Source: a bacterium HR15 (GTDB lineage Bacteria; Armatimonadota; Fimbriimonadia; Fimbriimonadales; GBS-DC). From it: 64,000 nt of DNA. The stretch covers positions 6,975-70,974 of the forward strand of contig BEHR01000009.1 in the NCBI GenBank assembly GCA_002898555.1, in the 5' to 3' direction. Shown here one piece after another: positions 50,565 through 60,187 of the stretch. The notes below the pieces were generated by a model. The model was not told the DNA's origin. It saw only the letters and a program-made list of their open reading frames with translations, and searched no databases. Both the position numbers and the translations under genes were made by a program. Position 1 is the first letter of the stretch, and each line of letters starts with the position of its first letter.

Positions 50565-51636
50565 TCTCCGTCGATTCTGCCCACGCTTTCGGCTCGGCAA
50601 ACAGCATTTTGCCCCGGGCCGACTGTAAGACGCTGGTGACGACCACATCGATCGCCTGATTGAGGTAGGCACGCCCACCTTCCACGACAACCATCGTGCC
50701 ATCTTCCAGATAGGCGACCCCCTGATCGGGTTCCTGCCCCTCGCGGATGGGGGTTACCGTCAGCTCCTCACCTGGCAGCACATGGATACGCACCGCTTCC
50801 GCCAACTCATTGATATTCAGCACACGCACGCCCTGCAACTCCGCTACCCGATTCAAATTGTAATCGTTGGTGATGATGTCTGCTCGCAGCGCTTTGGCAA
50901 GGCGCACCAGTCGTCCATCCACTCCGTCGCTGGCGGGGGGTGCAAGACGATCATGGGTGCGCACTTCGAGTTCGGCTTCCTGCTGGAGCTGCTTCAGCAC
51001 ATCGAGTCCGCGCCTGCCACGCGCACGACGCAGCGGGTCCTCCGAATCGGCAATATGTTGCAGCTCGTCCAGCACGAAGCCGGGCACATAGAGCCGCCCC
51101 TCCAGAAAGCCCGAACGCCAGATGTCGCGGATGCGCCCATCAATAATCACGCTGGTGTCCAGCACCTTGATCCCACGCGAGCGACGCGCCATCTGTGCGG
51201 TGATGGGCAGATACTCCTTCATGCTGAGGAAACTGACCACGCTGAGATAAACCAGCACCACAAAAGCAAGCAAGGTGAGCGTCCAGCCCAGTCGACTACC
51301 ACCTATAGCGAACAGCAGGGGATAAAGCGCGAAGGTGATAACGGCAGCGGAGAGCAACCCCAGCCCAATAGCGAGCTTCTCATCCGGTTCCGCCTCCTCC
51401 AGGTGCTGCGCCACTCGCGAAAGCAGTTCAAACCCGTGATTGCCCACCAGAATGCCCAGCAGCAGCCCCGCCGTGGTGAAGCCGATGCGTGTCCACAACG
51501 GCGAAAGCATCACATCTTCACCCCAACGCTGGCTCACCGCTCGCAGGAAAGGGTCGGTCAGCAAGAAGCCGACGGTGGCAAACAACACCATCCCAACCGC
51601 CACGAATAGCCAGTACATCAAGCGATGAATCGTCAT
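50503..51636 (-). CDS. PIN/TRAM domain membrane protein (YacL-like)
   Basis: 4 N-terminal TM segments are followed by '[13 protein letters not shown]...[12 protein letters not shown]' (PIN) and a C-terminal TRAM-like '[18 protein letters not shown]'. SD GGAGG and a TATAAT box (51655-51660, minus). Confidence 0.8.
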   Translation of the reverse strand: MTIHRLMYWLFVAVGMVLFATVGFLLTDPFLRAVSQRWGEDVMLSPLWTRIGFTTAGLLLGILVGNHGFELLSRVAQHLEEAEPDEKLAIGLGLLSAAVITFALYPLLFAIGGSRLGWTLTLLAFVVLVYLSVVSFLSMKEYLPITAQMARRSRGIKVLDTSVIIDGRIRDIWRSGFLEGRLYVPGFVLDELQHIADSEDPLRRARGRRGLDVLKQLQQEAELEVRTHDRLAPPASDGVDGRLVRLAKALRADIITNDYNLNRVAELQGVRVLNINELAEAVRIHVLPGEELTVTPIREGQEPDQGVAYLEDGTMVVVEGGRAYLNQAIDVVVTSVLQSARGKMLFAEPKAWAESTESGVEYGTRAYRGSRKGRPIR

Positions 51637-51686
51637 CCCGTAGCCTCCATAAAGATTATACGCTCCAACCCCCTAAAAAGTGGCGG

Positions 51687-52157
51687 TTAATCCCATCGAT
51701 GATAGGCAGGATGGTCGGGTGGCACTGCTACGAACACGCCCCGGCAGGTGGCGCACACCTGGCCCTTCGCAAGCAACTCGCCTTCCACCACCACGCGATT
51801 GCCCTTAACTTCCACGGGGCGTGCCACAAGGCGCACAGGCGCGTCAGTCGGTGTGGGACGTAGTAAACGAATGTGATACTCCGCTGTGACGGTCGCCGGT
51901 GGGTGATCCAGTCCCTGCATTTTCATTAAATGATAGGCAGCTGCCCAGTTGCAGTGGCAGTCGAGCAACGTGCCAATCACGCCGCCATTCAGGACGCCCG
52001 GAAATGCCTCATGGTGCGGCTCCGGTTGCCATTCCGCAACTACTTGGTCGTTTTCCACAAAGCTGCGAATGTGCAACCCTTTCGGGTTCGCAGGTCCGCA
52101 TCCGTAGCAGGTGCTGTGGGGTGCGTAGGTCTCTTGCAAACTCTTTTGGGTGTTCAT
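51687..52157 (-). CDS. PaaI-family hotdog-fold thioesterase
   Basis: Start at MNTQKS. Carries 'CYGCGPANPKGLHI' and 'HEAFPGVLNGGVIGTLLDC'. The upstream 120 codons of the 276-aa ORF look non-coding. Confidence 0.75.
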   Translation of the reverse strand: MNTQKSLQETYAPHSTCYGCGPANPKGLHIRSFVENDQVVAEWQPEPHHEAFPGVLNGGVIGTLLDCHCNWAAAYHLMKMQGLDHPPATVTAEYHIRLLRPTPTDAPVRLVARPVEVKGNRVVVEGELLAKGQVCATCRGVFVAVPPDHPAYHRWD

Positions 52158-52235
52158 AATCTTTTGCTTCGCCCTTTCCTGCAGGAATCCTGCCCGCCAC
52201 ATGGTATACAAATGTCTACTATTTGTCCTTGAGTC

Positions 52236-52676
52236 ATGGAGGTTTTGGCGATGGAACAGAAGGAGCCGATGGATCGGGACTTTGTCATTGCGTCGGAGCG
52301 TAACGGGGAGTACCCGTTCACGCGCGAGGATTCGTTCGAGCGCAAGTTGCGCCGTCACCGTCGTCGCCATACGGAGCTGGGCGAACACATCGCGCTGCCT
52401 GATACTGCCGTCGAATATTTCGAACGGGTGGAGATTGAGGCGATGCTCGACTGCGCCGATCTGACCCCGCGTCAGCGGTATGTGTGCGAGCAGTATCTGC
52501 GTGGTTGGACACTGCAAGAGATTGGCAAGCAGTTGCGCATCTCGAAGCAGGCGGTCGCGAAAACGCTCAAATTCGCCGTCGCGAAACTTAAACGCGCCTG
52601 GGAACTCAACCCCTATCGGGGCCTGGCGGAGGTCTATCGCTACGAGGTCAGCCGCTGTGGAGGGGTCCGAAGATGA
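52236..52676 (+). CDS. sigma-70 region 4-like HTH protein (no region 2)
   Basis: 'LTPRQRYVCEQYLRGWTLQEIGKQLRISKQAVAKTLKFAVAKLKRA'. The exact start is uncertain (52236 or 52251). Confidence 0.6.
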   Translation: MEVLAMEQKEPMDRDFVIASERNGEYPFTREDSFERKLRRHRRRHTELGEHIALPDTAVEYFERVEIEAMLDCADLTPRQRYVCEQYLRGWTLQEIGKQLRISKQAVAKTLKFAVAKLKRAWELNPYRGLAEVYRYEVSRCGGVRR

Positions 52677-52787
52677 CGGAACATGGTATACTCATAAAGC
52701 GTCTAATTGAAATGAGGAGGGAAGCAGAGCCGCGGATGGGAACTTCTCGCTATCCACCGCCGTATAACTCAACTGACGGAGGCGAGA

Positions 52788-53387
52788 ATGGTCTATACGG
52801 CGGCTGCGAAATACATGGAAGACGAGATCCAGCGCGAGTTCGATGAACTGGTGCGTCGCTATTACCGCCAGGCATATAACCTCGCCTACCGCCTCACCGG
52901 AAATGCGGCCGACGCGGAAGATCTTGTGCAGGATGCGTTCCTGCGGGCCTATCGTTTCTTCGATCGCTATGACCGCAGCATGCCTTTCATGAACTGGTTC
53001 AGCCGTATTATGACGAACCTCTACATCGACGAGTATCGTCGGCGTGGACGGCTGAAAACAGTTTCCCTGGACGAACCGCTGCAGACCGAGGAGGGTGAGG
53101 AAGGTACCGCCTTAGATATCCCTGATCCAGGGCTTAGCCCACTGGAGATCGCGCTCGACAAGGAGTATGTTGATGCGATCAACGAAGGTCTGCAGCATCT
53201 GGCACCCGATTTTCGCACCGCCGTTGTGCTGGCGGATATTCAGGGACATTCCTACGAAGAGATTGCCGAGATTATGGGCACTTCCATCGGCACGGTGCGC
53301 TCGCGTATCCATCGCGGACGCAAGCAATTGCGGGACTACCTGATGAAACGCCATCCAGAACTCTTCGAGCGAGGTGATTTGAAATGA
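52788..53387 (+). CDS. ECF-type RNA polymerase sigma factor
   Basis: Region 2 is 'AEDLVQDAFLRAYRFFDRYD' and region 4 is 'SYEEIAEIMGTSIGTVRSRIHRGRKQL'. Confidence 0.92.
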   Translation: MVYTAAAKYMEDEIQREFDELVRRYYRQAYNLAYRLTGNAADAEDLVQDAFLRAYRFFDRYDRSMPFMNWFSRIMTNLYIDEYRRRGRLKTVSLDEPLQTEEGEEGTALDIPDPGLSPLEIALDKEYVDAINEGLQHLAPDFRTAVVLADIQGHSYEEIAEIMGTSIGTVRSRIHRGRKQLRDYLMKRHPELFERGDLK

Positions 53388-53986
53388 ATTGTCGATATGT
53401 TCAGTCTCATCTTTCAGCATACATCGATATGGAATTGACAGGCATCGAACAGCAACGATTTCGCGCTCATCTGGAGTGTTGCCTGGAGTGTTCCGCCGAG
53501 TATGAAACGCTGTTACGCGTGAAGCATCTGATGCGGCATTTGCCGACCGTAGCGCCTCTCAGAAGCGGCGAGGAGGTGATGTTGCAGCGTATTCAGGAGT
53601 ATCGCATGGCGCAGCGTGCGCCACGGCGAACGCTCTTTCATACGCGCTGGTGGCGCTACGCGTGGGGTGCCGCCGCCGTGGCACTGGCTATATGGCTCAC
53701 TCCACGCGAGGAAAATAAGCAGCTGCGCCCTATCCAAAGCGATGCCTTAACGACCTCATTGACCAGCCCTTATTCGAAACGAACCTTCTCCTTCCCTCCC
53801 TTGAGACGCTCTGAATCTAATCCTTTAGTATCTTCCTCCAATATGTCCCCACATACCCCTGTGATTCTTCTCTCACCGGAGCCATTCGGCCCGATTCCAC
53901 CGAACCCGGTGATAATGCCTGTCGTCGAGAATCGCTGGGGCACCACGGGCACGCTGCAGCCCACCTTTGAACTGCAACCCCGGTGA
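53384..53986 (+). CDS. anti-sigma factor (zf-HC2), single-pass membrane
   Basis: ATGA overlap with the sigma gene. 'HLSAYIDMELTGIEQQRFRAHLECCLECSAEY' is the zf-HC2 motif. TM 'WRYAWGAAAVALAIWL'. Confidence 0.85.
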   Translation: MNCRYVQSHLSAYIDMELTGIEQQRFRAHLECCLECSAEYETLLRVKHLMRHLPTVAPLRSGEEVMLQRIQEYRMAQRAPRRTLFHTRWWRYAWGAAAVALAIWLTPREENKQLRPIQSDALTTSLTSPYSKRTFSFPPLRRSESNPLVSSSNMSPHTPVILLSPEPFGPIPPNPVIMPVVENRWGTTGTLQPTFELQPR

Positions 53987-54037
53987 GAACCAGCCATGTC
54001 CTGCAAGTGAGACAATGCCGACAAGGAGGTAGAGACG

Positions 54038-55543
54038 ATGAAACGATGGTGGTTAATAGTGAGTGCTGTGGGCATACTGGGTATTGGCATCGTGTTGGCG
54101 CTGCGCTCGCCGTTAGGGGCGATTGCGCAGGAGCGTTTAGCGACGGTCGCCTTCACGCCCCAGGAGCGCACCACATTGGTGAGCCTCGAATCGGCACTTT
54201 CGCGCCTCGTCGAAACCGTTCAACCAACGGTGGTGCATATCAAAGTAAAAAAGCGATTGCCTCAGGTGCAAGCCCCCGATGACAGTAGGATGCGCCAATT
54301 CTTCCGCCGATTTGGCATCCCTGATGACGAACTACCCCGATGGTTCGAGTTTCCTTCCCCCCGTTTCATTGAGGGAGAAGGCTCCGGGGTAATTATCCGC
54401 AGCGATGGCTATATCCTGACCAATGACCATGTGGTCAGTGGTGCAGACGAGGTGGAAGTCACTTTTGCGGACGGCAGCAAGGCGAACGGCACTGTGCTAC
54501 GCGCCCCGAATATGGACATCGCCCTGGTCAAGGTCGATCGCGAGAACCTACCTGCTGCCGTACTGGGCGACTCGTCCACCGTCAAACCCGGTCAGATTGT
54601 GTTTGCCTTCGGCAGCCCGTTCGGTCTGGAAAAGACGGTGACGATGGGCATCGTGAGCGCGGTGGGTCGTCGGGAGGTCATTCGCGGCGCAGACATGCCC
54701 CGCTTCTATCCCGATCTTATTCAGACCGACGCGGCGATTAATGGCGGCAACTCTGGTGGTCCGCTGGTCAACACGCGCGGCGAAGTGATTGGCATCAACA
54801 CCGCCATCGTAAGCGGGCTGACAGGGGGCAATGTGGGCGTCGGGTTCGCCATCCCGGTCAATCGGGTGAAGAGTGTCATCCGCCGACTCATTGAGAAAGG
54901 CTCCTATGTGCGCGGCTACCTGGGTGTGGCACTGGATGACCTAACCCCCGAAATGAAAGAGGAGCTGAAGGTGGAGCGCGGCGCGTTAGTCGTGCAGGTG
55001 GAACGCAACTCGCCTGCCGATAAAGCCGGCATTCAAGCGGGCGATGTGATCGTCGAGATGGATGGCAAGCCCATCGAAGATCAGGTCGCCCTGCGCGACA
55101 TGATTGCCGAAAAGGGACCCGAAGCCGAAGCGCGCTTCAAGATCGTGCGCGGTGGACGCACGCTGACCGTCTCCGCCAAGCTGACCACCCATCCGGAGGA
55201 TGTGAAAGCACCTCCTGTGCGCGGCAAAGCGGAAGTGGGCGCACAAACCGCCTTGGAGAAACTGGGTATCCGCGTAGGCTCCATCCCCGACGATATGCGG
55301 AAGGTTTTTGACCGCCAGCAGGGCGCGTTCGTAACGGAAATCGATCGGGATAGCCCTGCCGCAGAAGGCGGCTTGCAAGTGGGCGATCTGATTATCGCCC
55401 TCAACGACAAGCCCATCAACTCGCCCAGTGAGTTCGAGCAAGCCGCAGGCAGCCTCAAGAGCGGTCAGCGAGTGCGCCTGCGCGTGCTACGCCAGGTGGA
55501 CGACAAGGTCTTCGAAACGCTCGTGATGTTCCGCGTACCTTGA
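54038..55543 (+). CDS. htrA: HtrA/DegP-family serine protease with two PDZ domains
   Basis: Carries 'TNDHVV', 'DIALVKV' and 'GNSGGPLVN' (catalytic triad), followed by two PDZ-like segments. SD AAGGAGG. Confidence 0.92.
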   Translation: MKRWWLIVSAVGILGIGIVLALRSPLGAIAQERLATVAFTPQERTTLVSLESALSRLVETVQPTVVHIKVKKRLPQVQAPDDSRMRQFFRRFGIPDDELPRWFEFPSPRFIEGEGSGVIIRSDGYILTNDHVVSGADEVEVTFADGSKANGTVLRAPNMDIALVKVDRENLPAAVLGDSSTVKPGQIVFAFGSPFGLEKTVTMGIVSAVGRREVIRGADMPRFYPDLIQTDAAINGGNSGGPLVNTRGEVIGINTAIVSGLTGGNVGVGFAIPVNRVKSVIRRLIEKGSYVRGYLGVALDDLTPEMKEELKVERGALVVQVERNSPADKAGIQAGDVIVEMDGKPIEDQVALRDMIAEKGPEAEARFKIVRGGRTLTVSAKLTTHPEDVKAPPVRGKAEVGAQTALEKLGIRVGSIPDDMRKVFDRQQGAFVTEIDRDSPAAEGGLQVGDLIIALNDKPINSPSEFEQAAGSLKSGQRVRLRVLRQVDDKVFETLVMFRVP

Positions 55544-55550
55544 ACACCGC

Positions 55551-55577
55551 GGGGTGACGGCAAACAGCCGTCGCCCC
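55551..55577 (+). terminator. GC-rich hairpin after htrA (no U-tract)
   Basis: GGGGTGACGGC-aaaca-GCCGTCGCCCC, 8 nt after the stop. Confidence 0.4.
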
Positions 55578-55660
55578 ACACCACCGCCTCCTTACAACGC
55601 TTCAGCAATTCCTGACAAACTTTCTCCAACGCCGATCACAGGGTCAGGTACAATCGCACT

Positions 55661-57292
55661 GTGCCCAGGAAAGGGTGGCTGAGTGCAGGGATGCTGTTTG
55701 GGGTGGCATTGGGGATACGGCTGATTGGTATCGGCTGGGGACTACCCAATGCCCAACACCACTTCTCTTATCACCCAGACGAGTGGCTGGTGTTGGCGGT
55801 GAGCTATTTGAATCTGAACCCTTATGCGGGCGATTGGCTGCCTCATTTTTACAACTACGGCTCATTGCCGCTTTATTTGTGGAGTGTCTGGTTGCATTGG
55901 CTGACGGCGGTAGGTGTGCTGCCTGTGCTGCCCGATAATCCCGATGCTCTACAGGTTGCCGAATGGCGTGCCGCGTCGCATTTCTGGGCGCGGGTACTGG
56001 TTGCGCTGATGGGCGCGGGTGCGTCGCTCATTGTGGCGCGAGCGATGGCACGCTTGGCGGGCAAGTGGGCGGGCTGGGTGGCAGGGTTGGCGATGGCGTT
56101 CGCGCCCGCCTTTGTGGTGCATTCCCGCTTTCAGACGGTCGATGTGCCCGCGACCTTCTTTGTGGCGCTAACGCTCTGGTCATCGGTCGTGCTGTTTAGT
56201 TCCGCGCGTCCCATGCGAACGCTGATGTGGGGGGCGGTTTGGGCAGGGTGTGCTGCAGGTTGCAAATATAACGCGGGGTTGGCTCTGCTTGCACCGCTGG
56301 TAAGCCTCTGGTTGCAGGCACGCACGGAGCGATGGATCAGCGGTCGCCTGCTGGGTTGGACGGCAGGCGCAATAGCCGTCGCGATGGGCGCGTTTTTGCT
56401 GACCTGCCCGGGCGCATGGGCAGAGCCACAGGTATTCTGGCGGGACTTTCGTTACGAGCTGTTCCATGTGCAACGCGGACACGGCGAAATCTTTACCCAG
56501 ACGGGACCGGGTTGGTTGTTCCATCTCCATCCGAACATGACAACAGGCTTTGGGATGCTGCCGCTGGTACTCAGTTTGCTGGGGTGGTTGATAGTGGGCA
56601 TACGCCATCGTGAGGGGGTGGGTATTCTTGTCGCTTCTCTTGCCTACTTTGCACTGATTGGCGCGGCGGAGGTGCGTTTTATGCGCTACACTTTCCCACT
56701 GTTTCCGATGCTGGCGATGGGGCTGGGATGGCTGGCTTCTCCTGCGCTCGCGAAGTACCACCCGGTATTTGTCAAGAGCGTGGTGGGAGCGTCCTTCGTT
56801 GCGCTGGGGTGGCAGCTGGTATGGACAGCGGCTCTCACTGCCTGCATGTTGCGCCCCGATCCGCGCGAGCAGGCGCTGCGATGGTTTGAATCGCATGTGC
56901 CTGCAGGGCGCACGATTGCCTTCCCGACGGTGCCGTGGTTCTACACGCCACCTTTTTATCCCGACACGGGCGAGTTGCGCTGGCAAGATCGGCTGCGATT
57001 AATGCAAGAGGCACACTCGCCCTATCGCTTGATTGCCCTGGCACCGCCTGAATGGGATGCGGAGGCGTTGCAGCGTGTGCAGCCAGACTATGTGGTGATA
57101 AGCGACTTTGAGGAGCGCGATGTGAAGCGTATTGGGCGAGCGGACTATCGTGCCTTTACGGCGATACTGCGGCGCGATTATCGCCTTGTGCGCGTGTTCC
57201 GCAATGATCTGCACCCGCTGATTCGCGCTGATGCCCTCCCACACGACCTGCTCTACATTTGCCCAGCGGTACGGGTGTATGCTGCTAAGTAG
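55661..57292 (+). CDS. GT39/ArnT-like (PMT_2) membrane glycosyltransferase
   Basis: 543 aa and polytopic. 'FSYHPDEW' lies in the first loop. GTG 55661 is only 6 nt after a TACAAT -10 box. An alternative ATG lies at 55691. Confidence 0.7.
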   Translation: MPRKGWLSAGMLFGVALGIRLIGIGWGLPNAQHHFSYHPDEWLVLAVSYLNLNPYAGDWLPHFYNYGSLPLYLWSVWLHWLTAVGVLPVLPDNPDALQVAEWRAASHFWARVLVALMGAGASLIVARAMARLAGKWAGWVAGLAMAFAPAFVVHSRFQTVDVPATFFVALTLWSSVVLFSSARPMRTLMWGAVWAGCAAGCKYNAGLALLAPLVSLWLQARTERWISGRLLGWTAGAIAVAMGAFLLTCPGAWAEPQVFWRDFRYELFHVQRGHGEIFTQTGPGWLFHLHPNMTTGFGMLPLVLSLLGWLIVGIRHREGVGILVASLAYFALIGAAEVRFMRYTFPLFPMLAMGLGWLASPALAKYHPVFVKSVVGASFVALGWQLVWTAALTACMLRPDPREQALRWFESHVPAGRTIAFPTVPWFYTPPFYPDTGELRWQDRLRLMQEAHSPYRLIALAPPEWDAEALQRVQPDYVVISDFEERDVKRIGRADYRAFTAILRRDYRLVRVFRNDLHPLIRADALPHDLLYICPAVRVYAAK

Positions 57293-57392
57293 CCGATGCT
57301 CCTCGGTCATTTACCGCCGGCAATCATCGTCAGAGTGGCGAGTTCCTGGTGCCACCTCCTGAACCGCCGTTCTGAACCTTCTAAGGGAGGAC

Positions 57393-58568
57393 TCAGAACC
57401 CGTACTCTGCGGGGTTCACAGGATCGCCATTGATACGCACTTCGAAGTGGAGATGGGGTCCAGTGGAGTAGCCGGTGCTGCCGACTCGCGCGATGACCTG
57501 CCCACGCTGCACCGTTTGCCCCTCCTGCACCAAGAGGGCAGAGCAGTGCGCGTAGAGGGTGGCAACACCGCCCCCATGGTCGATAATCACGGTGTTGCCG
57601 TAGCCGCGGATATAGCGGGCTTCGACCACCACCCCGGAATCGGCAGCAACGATAGGCGCACCATGGGGTGCAGAGAAGTCGATGCCCGTGTGCATGCGGC
57701 GCACCTTAAAAATTGGGTGAACGCGCATGCCGTAGCGTGAGGAGACGCTACCGTGCACAGGTCGAATAAATCGCCCTGACCAGCGCTGGTCGGCACGGGC
57801 GCGTCCCGCAGGGGTTTCCATCATGGCACGCAAGCGTCGCGCAATCGCCTGCGACTCGGCTTCCAGCTCCGCCAGTTGGCGTTCATACAAGGCGCGCTCG
57901 CTGGCAATCTGTTTGAGAGTGAGCTGTTTCTCCTGCTGCGCTGCGTGCAGCTCCTGTGCCTGCTGGCTTAGGTCGCGTTCCCACCCCGCAATTTGCGCGA
58001 CAAGGGCATCCATCCGTGCCTTCGCCTGCGCCACGGCTTGCTGATCGGCACGCACCGCATCGAGCAGCGCGCGGTCCGTTTTCACAATTTGGCGCAACAC
58101 ATAGCTGCGGCTGGTCAACTCGCGCATCGAACTCGCCCCCATCAGTACATTGAGATAGGAGATGCTGCGGTGCTTATAGGCAGCGCGCAATCGCTGGGCG
58201 AGCAATACCTGACGCTGTTTAAGTCGCGCCGTTAGGATTTGCAGCCGTTTCGCCAACTCTTTTTGTTCCTTGCGGGCAGACGCTAATTGGGCGCGTGTAG
58301 CGCGCAGGCGCTGGGTCGTGCGGTCGATTTGGGCGTCGATCTCGGCAATATCACGACGCACCTGTCGCTCTTGATGCTTCTTTTCTCGAATCTGGGTGCG
58401 TAGCTGCCCGATCTGCCCCTGTAGGCTTTGCAACTGCTGTTGCAATCGCTGTTTCTGCTGGTGCTTATCCGATTGCGTGTTGACAGGGGAGAGCAGCATT
58501 AGCCCTCCTATGCATAGCACCAGCCACCATCCTTGCCCTTTACCGCACATTGCTCTTACTATACCCAT
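57393..58568 (-). CDS. EnvC-like murein hydrolase activator / M23 peptidase with coiled coil
   Basis: A Q/R/L-rich coiled coil is followed by 'HTGIDFSAPHGAPI...GYGNTVIIDHGGGVATLYAH...GSTGYSTGPHLHFEVR'. The start is uncertain (58550-58577). Confidence 0.85.
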   Translation of the reverse strand: MGIVRAMCGKGQGWWLVLCIGGLMLLSPVNTQSDKHQQKQRLQQQLQSLQGQIGQLRTQIREKKHQERQVRRDIAEIDAQIDRTTQRLRATRAQLASARKEQKELAKRLQILTARLKQRQVLLAQRLRAAYKHRSISYLNVLMGASSMRELTSRSYVLRQIVKTDRALLDAVRADQQAVAQAKARMDALVAQIAGWERDLSQQAQELHAAQQEKQLTLKQIASERALYERQLAELEAESQAIARRLRAMMETPAGRARADQRWSGRFIRPVHGSVSSRYGMRVHPIFKVRRMHTGIDFSAPHGAPIVAADSGVVVEARYIRGYGNTVIIDHGGGVATLYAHCSALLVQEGQTVQRGQVIARVGSTGYSTGPHLHFEVRINGDPVNPAEYGF

Positions 58569-58717
58569 TTCGCCCATGCCGAGCAAACTCCTGCCTGTTG
58601 CAGTGGGCTCATCCAGCTGGTCCGCCATGCCCGACTTGATAGGCATCTCTAAAAAACAAAAGAACACTCCCTGCACACTTGCATTTTATGATACGCGCGG
58701 GGTATAATAGGGCTACT

Positions 58718-59404
58718 ATGAGACTCATCGACATACTGAAACAGTACCGGCAACAGGAGTACTTTACTATCGAGGAACTGGTGGCGGTTGCCAACAGTTT
58801 GCTGGAACAGTGGGCTCCTGTTCAACCGCGCTATAAGGTGGTCACTTTTCCCGATGTGCGCACAGTGCGTTTCTATGCGGCGCATCGGTTGATTGACCCG
58901 CCTGCGAAGCGCAAGGGCAATCGCGTGCTGTATGATTACCACCATCTCCTGCAACTCGTTGCGCTCAAGCTGCTGCAGTCGCAGTATATCCCGCTGCGAG
59001 CGGTGCACCACCTGATTGAGGGCAAGAGCGCAGAGGAGATAGAGAGCCTAATTGAGTCGGTGCTGGAAAGCCGCTCCGAGAAGGAGCTACTCAAGCGAAT
59101 GAGCGAGGCGACCAAATCGCTGGTTGCTGAGGCGCCTGCACCGGCTTACGCGATTGCCGCGCCACGCTCGGCTGGCTCGCCCTACCCCTCGCCCGAAGAG
59201 TGGCATCGATTTATGGTCACTCCGTGGCTGGAGGTGGCGGTGCGTCCCGAAGCGGCGCGTCAAGCCAGCGCAACCGAACTCAATCGGGTGGCGGAGCTGG
59301 TGCGCCTGAGCATCCAGAAAGCCTACGAGGCACAGGCACAGGCGCAGGCGGAACAGCCGAAAGCGGAAGCGACCACTCGCGGGCGCGGACGCAAGCGCGG
59401 CTGA
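58718..59404 (+). CDS. MerR-like HTH protein with basic RGRGRKRG tail
   Basis: '[11 protein letters not shown]...[16 protein letters not shown]...[15 protein letters not shown]' resembles a MerR N-domain. ATG lies 9 nt after TATAAT (58703-58708). Confidence 0.55.
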   Translation: MRLIDILKQYRQQEYFTIEELVAVANSLLEQWAPVQPRYKVVTFPDVRTVRFYAAHRLIDPPAKRKGNRVLYDYHHLLQLVALKLLQSQYIPLRAVHHLIEGKSAEEIESLIESVLESRSEKELLKRMSEATKSLVAEAPAPAYAIAAPRSAGSPYPSPEEWHRFMVTPWLEVAVRPEAARQASATELNRVAELVRLSIQKAYEAQAQAQAEQPKAEATTRGRGRKRG

Positions 59405-59431
59405 TGCGCGGGTAACGCCCGCCCGAACAGT

Positions 59432-60157
59432 ATGAAAGCTGCCATTATCGGTGGCACGGGCGTGCAGCAGCTGCCGGGTTTCGATCTACAGCATGAGCAT
59501 GGGGTAGCAGAGGATACCTATCTGCTGGAGGGCACTTTGGAGGGATACCCGGTGCTGCTGCTGCCCCGCCACAGCAAAGGGCATCGCGTACCACCGCACC
59601 AGATCGACCACCGACGCCATGTACAACTCCTCCGGGAGCTTGGCGTCCAAGCAGTGCTGGCGACCGCGGCGGTCGGTTCCTTGCGTGCCGACTGGACGCC
59701 CGGCACCCTGGTCATCTTGAGCGATTTTCTCGATTTCACACGCACCGTTTACACCCTCTTTGACCACGAGGTAGTACACACCGACTTTTCGCAGCCATTT
59801 AGCCCGCTGTTGCGCAACGCCCTGCTTCAAACCGCGTCTGAGTCGCACATCCCTGTGCAATCGGAAGGCGTCTATGTATGCGCTCCTGGACCACGCTACG
59901 AGACGCCTGCCGAGATTCGGATGTTCCGCATGCTGGGCGGGGATGTGATTGGCATGACCGTCGTGCCCGAAGCGATTCTGTGTCGCGAGGCAGGCATCCA
60001 TTACGCTGCCGTCGCAGTCGTCACCAATCTGGGTACAGGATTGAGCCAGCAGCCACTGTCCCATGCGGAGGTCACGGAGGTCATGGCGACCGCCACCCAG
60101 ACCATCGCCTGCCTGTTTGCAGGCGCACTCCGCCGCCTTCAAGCCGTCCCGTTGTAA
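59432..60157 (+). CDS. mtnP: S-methyl-5'-thioadenosine phosphorylase
   Basis: Carries 'AIIGGTGV', 'LLPRHSKGHRVPPHQI', 'GPRYETPAEIRMFRMLGGDVIGMT.VPE' and 'VTN'. Confidence 0.88.
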   Translation: MKAAIIGGTGVQQLPGFDLQHEHGVAEDTYLLEGTLEGYPVLLLPRHSKGHRVPPHQIDHRRHVQLLRELGVQAVLATAAVGSLRADWTPGTLVILSDFLDFTRTVYTLFDHEVVHTDFSQPFSPLLRNALLQTASESHIPVQSEGVYVCAPGPRYETPAEIRMFRMLGGDVIGMTVVPEAILCREAGIHYAAVAVVTNLGTGLSQQPLSHAEVTEVMATATQTIACLFAGALRRLQAVPL

Positions 60158-60187
60158 ACCTCTCCTGGAAAGCGGAGGGAGGGAAAG

